From Dimorphilus gyrociliatus (lineage: Eukaryota; Animalia; Annelida): a stretch of DNA of 64,000 bases. The notes under the pieces were generated by a model, which searched no databases, was not told the DNA's origin, and was given only the letters and a program-made list of their open reading frames with translations. Shown here one piece after another: positions 51,901 to 62,219 of this stretch; within the stretch, counting starts at the first letter, position 1, and each line of letters begins with the position of its first letter. Position numbers and translations under genes: made by a program. The stretch covers positions 1,183,771 to 1,247,770 of the forward strand of contig CAJFCJ010000006.1 in the NCBI GenBank assembly GCA_904063045.1. Reading direction: 5' to 3'.

Positions 51901-54900
51901 AATAACAATTATGTAATATTAAATAAATATTTATCGCAAAGATAAGCAAGAACTACTGATTAATTAAAAAAAAACTTTAAACCGTCTCACTCCTCGCGAA
52001 TGCGGTGTCTATGAGCTAAATGGTTTTGTAAATATTGGCTCAGCGTAAAACAATACCTCAAAGCGACGCATTAGACGTCTAGGCGCCCTAAAAATTAGCC
52101 GAATCTAATGACGTAACTAGAAAAAGTTGTAACAAACAATTTTACACCTACCGAGATGAAGATAAGGTAAAGTGGGCGGCGGAGAGAAAATAGTCGACAA
52201 TTCGGTTCTTATTAAGATACTTCAAGAAGCCCGCATTGGCCGTTAAAGACTACATGAGATCAAAAGCTACTGATCGAACTGTTAAAATACGCCTGTCAAA
52301 CGAACAAAACGAACCAACCAGGACGAGACTACAAAATGATAGCGAAGAAGATTTAAGCTTAGCAGGGGTTAGCGCCAACGTTCCATTATCATCTCCTATT
52401 CTAATTCACTAATGACACTAAACTTCTGGGGGTCTACACAGGCGGATGGTCAGGCACAAGGCCTAGACGACATTTTTCATAAAAGAGAATAGATGACTAT
52501 GACAATAAAATAGCTCTTCCTATTAAAAAACGTTATATCACCTGAGAGTGAAGAGTTGAGATTTGGTTCGTCTGTTTTGTGTTTAAAGTGAAGAATGGCC
52601 GAGACTGAAGGTATACTTTCGTATTATAATAAACGTCCTTGCGCCGATCCTCTGTCCGGTTGTAATGAAACCACAGAACGATTTATACCGCCGCCTATCG
52701 GTACGGTTACTAACTATTTGCTAGCCAATAAGAGCGCTTGTTTATTCGAGCATAAAGCCGGAGGATCAAAGGCGATGGTATTTTCGGCGGTTCGCCATTA
52801 AAATAGTTGCGTTAATTAGCGTCTTGTACTTTGTAAAAATGAACTAATTTGTAAATTTAAACGACGTCGCGTTAAGGCAAAGTTATTTCAGGGAGTTTAA
52901 GAATTTTTTGAATGCCTAGGCCAAAAATTAGACTATTCAAAGCGCGTATCGAATTTATAATCAGACATTAAAATCTCTAAATTACAGGCCAGAGCGCGGA
53001 AGATATCTCAACATTCTGTAACTTTGCATCTATACCTGTCTACGCATTTAATGAAAATAATTTAGACGTAGGTAATAATGGGGTTTGGGGGGGTGGAAGA
53101 ATCGAAATTAAAGTTTAGTCTTCAATCACGCGTAATAAAATATTCCATTATGCAGATTAAATGTCCAGGCCACTCGAAAAAACAGTAGTAAACTGTCCAA
53201 ATTACCGCCTACTCCGGGCATATGTCGCTAAGCAACAATTCGATCCGTAATCGAATCCCATAACGCATAACCTTCGGCCCAGGTCCGACCTCACCTACGG
53301 TAGGGTCTGGGAACATGTGATGCGAAATTGGGTGAAGGTCAAGTCCCGAGGTTGCATTATTCCAACTGACACGTCCGAGAACACGCAGTTTCTTTCACTT
53401 TCGAAGCAGAAAAAACTTTTTAAAAGGTACCCATTTATAATCCGGAAGTATGGCTCTGTTGGTGTTCTTATCTAAAAGATATATATCGCCCAAAGAAGGC
53501 ACTCTCAAGCTTTCTCTCTTCCCGTCCTTCTAGTCTTACCAACAAGGTCGGGTTCGTCTCGATTACGTCAAATTTTATGTTCAAACGAAACCTAATCTAG
53601 CCTTCCCTAAACCCTGCTCGATATGATCGACAGCGCAAAAGTTTGATGAGCATGAAAAAATTGCCTCAGGATTCTTTACATATTGATAGAAAAGATTTTA
53701 AACCGTTCGAAAACTCGGCAGCCCTTGGAGTGTAACAATACTTCAAAGAAACATTTTCCTCCCAAAACCGCTTATAGAACTTTCGAAAATTATTCGCGCG
53801 TTGCTCCTAGGCTATTAGGTAATTTTATAGACAATTTCACCCCCAATTTCAATGTAATAGTATCGTTTAATTGGCGCGTTCAAATTGCTTTACGAAAATT
53901 TTCTCTATTCGGTTGGCGAAAGTTTTCCTCTTTCTCTGGATAGGAAACTTTCTAACGTCAATTCGGTTCGTTTAATTAAACTATAGTCCAATTACAATTT
54001 CCAACACTCTCTTTACTATTCATTCGAGTGGGTTAGCGTCTCTTAACGACGTCTATCGAACACCTCAAGATTATTTTAAAAATACAACAGGTGAATTCCC
54101 CTCCAAAGCATGCAAGTTGCATAATACCCCATGTTTAATCAGGTCATTAAAATTATTCAATTCCTTCTTCTTATATAACGTATACAATCTGCAAATAACA
54201 CCTGGCCTAAACGTCTTTTGTCCAATCTCCTTATCTAATCAAGACAGGCGGTTTAAATAGTCTAATTTTGATAAAATGCGATTTTAATAGTGCATAGCCT
54301 TAAGGGCTATGTACATTAATTAAAACTGAGCACTAAAGTGTTTTTTCTATATTCAAATCTGTTAATCCCATCTTCATACAATCTTTTTAATTAATCTAAC
54401 CAATTTGTAAAACGAAGACAGATTTTATGGGCAAAAAAACAATAAGGAAAAACTTTCGTCTTAGAAAAACAACATAAAAGTAATCTGATATGGGCACTCG
54501 ATACCTTCAAAGCAACGAAAGTAAGATGAGAATTGAGTTTCATAAAAACAAAGAACGTGCCAAAATCTACTCTTTCAAAAATTGAATTTTCTTGAATGAG
54601 ATGAGTCTAACGAAACTGACGTGCTGACAGTAAATACTTGGCTGCAGATAAGGAGCAGTCATCGACTTTTAAAAGCTCGGAATTAGTGACACGACCCGTC
54701 AAAAAGAATGACTTGTTCTGTCCATTCGAGTAGAAATCGGACGCACCCCAGTCGCGTGTCAAAGCATCATCATTCAATCGTTTTCGATGATATTTTTCAT
54801 CATCATCCAAATAGACATATTCTCAACGCCTTAACGGTGGTCATATATAAATTGGCACTACCAAGCAGGTTATCAACCCCTCCAATAATACCATTCTACA

Positions 54901-56674
54901 CCACTTTCATATATCATCATTATTAAGGCGTAGAATACTGGTCTCGTCACGAATATCCGTTGACAAGACAGTTGACTTCCTCCATGTGCGTCAACTAATT
55001 TCAACCAAAGACACGTTAGATTCAATTAAAAAGCCAATCGGACGCAGGTGTTGGATTAATACCGAAAGTGCATGATTTTTTAGACTCGACCCTTACTAAG
55101 AACGACAATACATTCTTTTAAAATACGACTTAACAACTAAGAACTTTTTATGCCCAATGAAATACGATTCTTATTCTGCTAAACAGCTTGACTTTCCATA
55201 GTAAACAATAAATAACGCAGTAGGTGTAACATACTACGGACGATAGAGTGACAAAAACTCGTTGGTTGATAAGACATTATTTATCAGAATTCAAGTACTT
55301 ACTATTCAAAATCTTGTGAAGATATGCCGCTGTTGAATATAAAATTCAAACCACAATCTAAACAAAGGTCTTTGTTAAGTCGGTGAACAAAGGGCGTCGC
55401 TTGAATCACTTCTATGAAAACGTTCCAGGAACAACGCATACGGCGTTTCATACAAAGAATGACAAAGTAAAAAAAAGACCAGAAATGTTGATTTTTCTGA
55501 CGGTATAGACGTCTATCTAACAACTCGGGTTTTAAAAATGTCGGTTACAAACCTTTCATTATCAGGAACCATTTTGGAAAGGGATTTTTCCCAAGCATCT
55601 GCCTCTCTAAGAGATGTGGTACCCTGGTCCGGTATGACGTTAAACAGAGTAATGTTGGCACCAGATGATGTCCATACAGTTTTGGCGCGAAAGAAGTTTC
55701 ACACACTATGGGAAAGTCTTAAAGCTTTTAATTAGGCGGAAAACAGCAGGATCCCTAAGCCATCCTAAATTAAAGTAGATTATGTATTAGCCAACCGGCT
55801 AATCTTAGTACGTGTTTCCAAACTTTCTCAACAAAAGCCTTATTTTATCTTCATATGGTCAAATAAACAACTTTTATCAGATAGGGGATTCCTTATCAAA
55901 GACGGCCGTTAGCCGTTTGCACAGCTGTTTGTCAAGTTTAAATTTGACGCACGACCCAGTTTGCTCACCCCAGGGGCGTTTGGCACGTAAATGTATACCC
56001 GAAAACGCTATACGCATGGTTCACTTCCGTTTAACCTTGTTATAATATACAGTGGTCTACCTAATGGTAAATGTATTTAAAATAGGCCACATTTAAAAAC
56101 GATAAAAATCTCTGCTTGGAGCAATAACGTTCTTCATAATTGGCCAGCCATCGCTAGAAAATATAAAGTAAACATCTATAGATATATATTTACAGCGGGG
56201 GGTCTAGTGTCAAATTATTCCACAAATAATCAAAAATTCATGTTTTTAATGGAGATTTCAACGCGGCGTTTGTCGTGCGTATGAAATTCGTTTATCGAAG
56301 CGTTCTTAAGTAATTACCACCTTTTCTTCAATGAACCAGATAAAACCCGTTCGTTTCATAGCATACGAATATGTTTGCAGAAAGACACAGAAAATAGCAC
56401 TAGAAACTGCGCGTGTCATTTCATTCAAGTGGCTATCTCATTTCCGTTTCCTGTTTACATATACATGATGTAAGACTATCAGAACAAACAAAAGTTGTTT
56501 CTCAACATATGCCGACTCTTATTTATTAGAGCAAAGAAGCACCATTTTTTTTCAACATACAAATATTTTTGGAAAAACTGTTACGACTATATAAATACGC
56601 ATATATTGATATATACTGTATAAATTTACAAGGCTATATAAATTTGAAGAAATTTTTTAAATAAAAATTGAAAT

Positions 56675-59600
56675 TTAACGATGACTTTTTTTCTTTCTTG
56701 CTAAGGATGAAAAACCACATGTAGGCTTCTTGGGCGTTTTGACGGCTGATGCATCGTCTCTAAAATTTCTCATGGCTTGAATGCGTGCGTCTCTCTTTCG
56801 TTGAACGTCTAAGAACGAATCGTCTTTGGCACCTTTCCAATATGGAATATCGTATAAATTATCTTCAGGAAACTCGTCTAGGCATTCGAAAGATGAAGGC
56901 CGATGATAAGCGGCGTTTGTTCGTCTGTTCCATGTGGCGTAGTGGTGATAGTTTTCTTTTGCTTCGGTATATGGCGGGGGATGGTCGATATAAAAGTCGT
57001 CTTTAGCCTCTAGCACCGTCGAACTCAGTCCGTGCGCATTATTATCTTGAGGCGGTGGTCTTTGCACTTCGAGGTGAATGTAACCCTTGTTCGCTCTTTT
57101 GTATAAAAAAGAAGGGGCGGGATTAAAATTGTGCCTAAATGGAGTGGCTTTCATATTTTCTTACCGTATGATTTTCGCAATGCTCTGAGCGGACGACCTC
57201 GAGACGTTCACGCTGTTCACTCGTACAATCAAATCTTCATCTTGTAAACCAGCCAGATGTGCCGGAGAACCTGTGAATGCCAAAAGTTTTATAACGTTAC
57301 ATAACAGAGCGTCGAAAACGGTTTAGCTAGTAGAAAAACCCTCACCTTTCTCTATTTTGCTAATGTATACTGGACAATAGCCCGCGACAGAGAAACCGTA
57401 GCCTTTTCCACCGTGTTTAATTGTGAACTGATAAAACGGAAAAAAGTAAATAAAAGCAGATGTAAAAAAAAGTAAAATGAAAACGTACTGTGTGCGTTTC
57501 GGCGAATTGCAATCCCTGATTAATTTTTGGCAGGACGGGAGGAGGTCTTTTATTCATTTTGGCTTGCAAATGCTTCCTCTTTCCTACTTGTTCGGATAAC
57601 AAGTGGTACCAGCCGGATGTGGCAGCCTTTGTAGAAGTTAATCGTTCCATGCCGAAAGACATGCATCCTAACAATTCGGGGATGCATCCCATTTCATCTT
57701 TGTTCCAAACGGCTATAAATAAACGTTTTCGAACGTCTTCTTCGTACAGATCGCTGTAAGGGAAAAAAGCGTTTTAGAAAGCGAGTTACGTAATTGGCTC
57801 AAAAAATGCTCGAGCTACATCTGCTAGCCAGATGGTATATTGACACTAGCCAGGTGTCACATACTATTATGCAAGGTGGTGAGATAAGGTAGGGGACATA
57901 CAGGACCAATCACCTTTTCGTAGGCCAATGGGAATTATGTTTTTTTTTTACGGATGGTAAAGAAAACTAACGGGGCGTTTGATGTTCGGTATGCGAAAAT
58001 ACTGACCACCGTGCAGCTGTTATTGAATTCCGATATACATGGCTTTCAAAATCGGTGCATTTACTACCACTAGCCCAGTATTAAGTTACAAGGGGCGAAA
58101 GCATTTCCGAATGTAAAGTCATTAAAAGATAAGCTTCTATACTTACAATGAAAATTTTTCGTCCCAAGTCGGATTGTTAGAATTGTAAATAACCTCTGTT
58201 CGACATCTTGTTTGCTTATCTTGGTCTGGGGCTAAGCAAAGCTGTAAGAAAAATGTTTTGATTGAAATTAGTTTATTTTTAAAACGGCATAAAGAAAAAT
58301 GTTATTTCGAAAATTTACCTTGACATAAGATGAGCATCTTGTTCTTGTGTCGTTACGAGAGTGTAGGTCGAGAGCACTGATAACTAGTTTTAAAAAAAAT
58401 AATTAATTAACTAATTAATTATTGACTTTTTAGCTTTAAAATACTTACTGTGTATAGTTAAACGCCCATGTTGTACTTGGATATTCAGTTGCAATTGCCC
58501 TGAAAAAGTATAGAAACATTACCTGGAAGCCCATTGTAAGAAATAGGGTCGACATCTGTTGGTTGCCGTGGAAACCAACGACCGTTTATATTCAAAAAAC
58601 ATTCGCGTCGTCGGAAAGTCGCGCATGAACGCGTTTAGGGAATTGTGAATGGGGTTTGGGATAAGGGTTTTTTGTTGGGTCACTAATTAAGTATCTGGTA
58701 GACAATAGATGCATAATTAAAATTGTTAGTTAGGAAGGCGCGTCATGTAATTGCTAGAATCTCATGTCTTTAATTAAGTCCAAACCGATCTTCGGCTTGA
58801 GCGATTCAAAGATTTCAAGTCTGAAAAGATTGACGTAACAAGCCAGGTGGCGATTTCAACGCACGCTCTGTATGCCGTACGTGCGTACCACACACATATG
58901 TATATACACATCGAAATCGTGTCCTACGGGCTAAATATTTTCTTTCGTCTTGATCATATTCCTACTAAAAATATTGATGGCAGAAAAGGGTCAGGGAAAG
59001 CTTAGGGAAAGGTCGTTCTCGTCAACGAAACACTTATAGGGGAAAGTCTCACTTTCCAAAACCATATATACGTACCGCGGTAATTTTTCACGAAAGACGT
59101 TGTTTCGTCTTGAATTTTTCCGTAGTTGTCACTTTCCGAATAAAAATCGGATTCAGTTGTGTAGTTTGTTGCCATTTCGATAACGTAGCTAATTCAGGTA
59201 CAAATAGAGTAAGGAGATGCAGTGAGTCGAGCTTCTTCGGCGGCTTAGAGTTATTTGAAACTTAAAACATCTTCCCTAAACGCTTTCCGAAGGGAGAATG
59301 AATAGTCATAGACGGGCTACGATTTGTACGCGTCACTTTCGAAAGTAATAGACTGGCTCGGACGGGTACCTGTCTTTTTCTTTTGTTTAGCGCAAAATAC
59401 GAACAAGAACTATTGTTTGCTTGGAACAAAGACGCTTGGTTTGATGTAGGTTTTACATTAGGCGTTCAATTTCTGTCTAATCAGTTTGGCGACTTGACTT
59501 ACGAATGACATTTTATGAGTAGAATTAAATTTTTTTGTTTAAAGTTTAATGGACTGAATCGACGTTTGGGGAGGTCCGTAGGAAAAAAGCTTATCTTTTC

Positions 59601-60292
59601 GGCAGATAGTAATCGAAAGGTGTGATAATTCTAAAACAATCAGTGTGGGAGATCTAGTACACGGCATTCTTTTTACATAAGACTTTTAACGCATTTTTCC
59701 CACATTTTTTTTTTTTATAAGTCACCAATAAAATTATTATGGTACGCGGATATTTTGTATAATTTGATTTTAACGGATTTATAGGTCTATTGTATGTAGG
59801 CTAGGCCCTTGGAAATTTCGAGTTGAAGAGTAGAGTGATTTTCTTACAAAGAGATCTTTCACACAAAAGATCTCAAATATAATATTCTGGAGCTCTATTA
59901 CTTCGACAAGTCGAGTACTTTGTACTTTCCCACAGGACCAGACGCATCTCGAAAAACTTTTTTTTTAGTGAAGTAACGCCATCATGCGGAGTTTAGTTAA
60001 AGTAAAAAGTTTGAACACCACCAGATGTCTCACCCGAAAAAAATTTGGCTAGTCTGATAAGACCGCCATCTAGTGTATTTGAACATAACTAACCTTGTCT
60101 CCTGAAAGTTCCAGTTGAAACTTTTCTTTCCGTTCTTGAAATAGGGGATAAGGATAAATTTCTTAACGGACTTATTAATCTTCTCTTGGCCATTTCGTCC
60201 TCTAAATTTTCTCCGCTGACATTTTCCTTCTTTCTTTTTCGCTTTGGCACTAATGAATCTTGGCTGTGAGATAATTGATTGCTGCACAACAT
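56675..60292 (-). CDS. C2-PDZ protein resembling the RGS3 N-terminus, paralogue A (no RGS domain seen)
   Basis: Exon 60292-60094 ends RRQG| in phase 1 and joins 58499 (QLQLNIQ). Then SYVK|LCLAPD...NPTWDEKFSF, LLGCMSFG...SGWYHLLSEQVGKRKHL, PDZ GKGYGFSV...GSPAHLAGLQ, and a tail with PPPY. Confidence 0.82.
58562..58575. promoter_or_regulatory. RFX X-box
   Basis: GTTGCCGTGGAAAC fits the GTTNCC-NN-GGNAAC palindromic consensus. Confidence 0.5.
60063..60075 (-). promoter_or_regulatory. CTCF-type motif
   Basis: Reverse complement CACTAGATGGCGG matches the CTCF core CCASYAGRKGGCRS. Confidence 0.6.
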
Positions 60293-61540
60293 CTCGAATC
60301 TGTAAAATGAAAATATATGTTTTTAAAAGAATAAACATCTGGTCATAGGTGTTAAATTTCAGCGCGCTATCCTATTAAATCCCCAGTCTGTAAACTACTC
60401 GAGACATTCGTAATCCGTCACGTGTCACTAGTAAGGCGATCGACCCGTTTCAAAATCAACTCAGCAAGACACTCGAATGGATCGAGGGTCAAGTGAGATC
60501 TCTTTTACACAAAAGGAAGAATCACGCAGGGTCTAGAAAGGGTACATGGAATAATCAGGCCGACCTTTGACCGGGTTCGGATTGCCTGCTCGTTCCGCTT
60601 GCTAATTTGTCTTCAGTTAAGTGATGACCATTCGACCCAGGTGTTCAATCTGTGCAAAGCCACCTGCCTCTCGAAATGAATATTGACCATAGATGGTTGA
60701 TTGACTCTGATTTATTCGCTGAGCAAAATGCGCACTGGGACATTAATTGAGGCATTGTTCTAAAGACATAACCTAATTTACTCATGAGTTGACGTAATTG
60801 GACGCGCGTCTCTTCTTTGTTATATATGCCAATGACTACAATTTATAAATTTCACTTCCTCATTAAATCGTGTCAACAAAATAGTGAAGGGAGTTCGCCT
60901 ACGGAAATTGTTTTGACTTATACAAAACGAAGAAATCTATGATAAGATTCTAACTATAGATTAACTTTAATGAGTTTTCTTAACAATTTAATTAACTCAA
61001 TCTTTTTAAAGAATTAATTTTTAATGCAATATATAGCTTTTTTATCATTCCTCTCATTATTCCTAACATAAAGAAGTTATAACAGATTATCAAACAAAAA
61101 AACCTTAAAAAGTTCATCTTTCTCCAAGTAATAAATACATTTTCAAAGAGAGAATAAAATAACCATAAAAGTATATAATTTAAGTTTTAAAAACATAAAA
61201 AACTAGATGCTTTTTGTTGAAAGAATAAAAGAATACACAGACAAAAAAAATCTCCTTTATTCGAACATTTTTTTTTATGTAGAACGTAAATATAACAAAT
61301 AAACGCTATAGCTAAGAGTTATTATTTGTTATTTTTTTGTTCTTTTTAAAAGAATAGAACGTTGCTTAACGCTTAATTGTATTAAAAGCACTCACCGATA
61401 TGTTTCTTTTCGAAGGATGATGTCAAATCAAAAAACAAGTATTGTTATCTCCTCGAATATTTCTTCGAAGTGTTTTTATAACGATATAGCAAAGTTCGAT
61501 TCTCGAATTAGAAGCACCACCTACTCTTGCAAATTTTCGG

Positions 61541-61618
61541 CCAATCAGAATCGTTGGATTTGACTATCACGTGATTATTACGTTCTTTTATTTTATTCCA
61601 ACTTCTTTTTATCCGCCC
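61541..61618 (-). promoter_or_regulatory. Probable promoter of C2-PDZ paralogue A (CCAAT, palindromic E-box TCACGTGA, GC box)
   Basis: CCAAT at 61541, TCACGTGA at 61567-61574 and CCGCCC at 61613-61618. A strong minus-strand donor G|GTGAGT at 61395 suggests a 5'UTR exon. Confidence 0.5.
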
Positions 61619-62219
61619 CTCTTTCTACTTGAGTGAAAGCAAAAATAAAAAGTTGTAAAGATTTTTTCTTTACATATATTACGCAAGCGTGTAAAGTATC
61701 ATCATCGACTCGATAATTGATAAGCAAACAGCATGCCGAAGGCGATTTAAACTCTTCGCATATAGCACACCGCCTTTTGATGTCTATAGGTATTCGGAAA
61801 TCGAAGCTTTTTCGACGGAAAACACCTGCGCCGAAAAAATTGAAACCTCGCAATTTTCTAAATTTTAGCATCAAACACTTCAAAGCTATCTGCTGATTGT
61901 CCACTAGCAACGTACAATTAAACAGTTTATTAGTAACGAAATGTCCTGTTTAACTACACCTGCGAGACGTTTCGTAATTATTCACGGTAAATTAAAGCCG
62001 CCTTTAATTATTACTAATTATTGTTAGCGGGTGGCTTGAGTGTTGAAAAGGAATTTCTAGACCTGATTTATTCATATAAAAATAGATATATTAATACTAC
62101 TCAAAAATTGAATTAATGGGTTAAGGTTCATGTTAAAATTTCAATTTTTTTGACTGTATGTACGTTAAAGGTTATTAGGAGTAGAATGACGAATATGAAC
62201 AGAATTTTCAGTTTCATTC

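Noticed and set aside
58500-58522. Apparent 23-nt micro-intron (GTAATG...TTTCAG) that would restore the C2 frame
   Set aside because: A phase-1 donor at 60094 (RRQG|gttagt) after an ATG-initiated exon explains the acceptor with an ordinary 1.6-kb intron; the local frame has no start codon.
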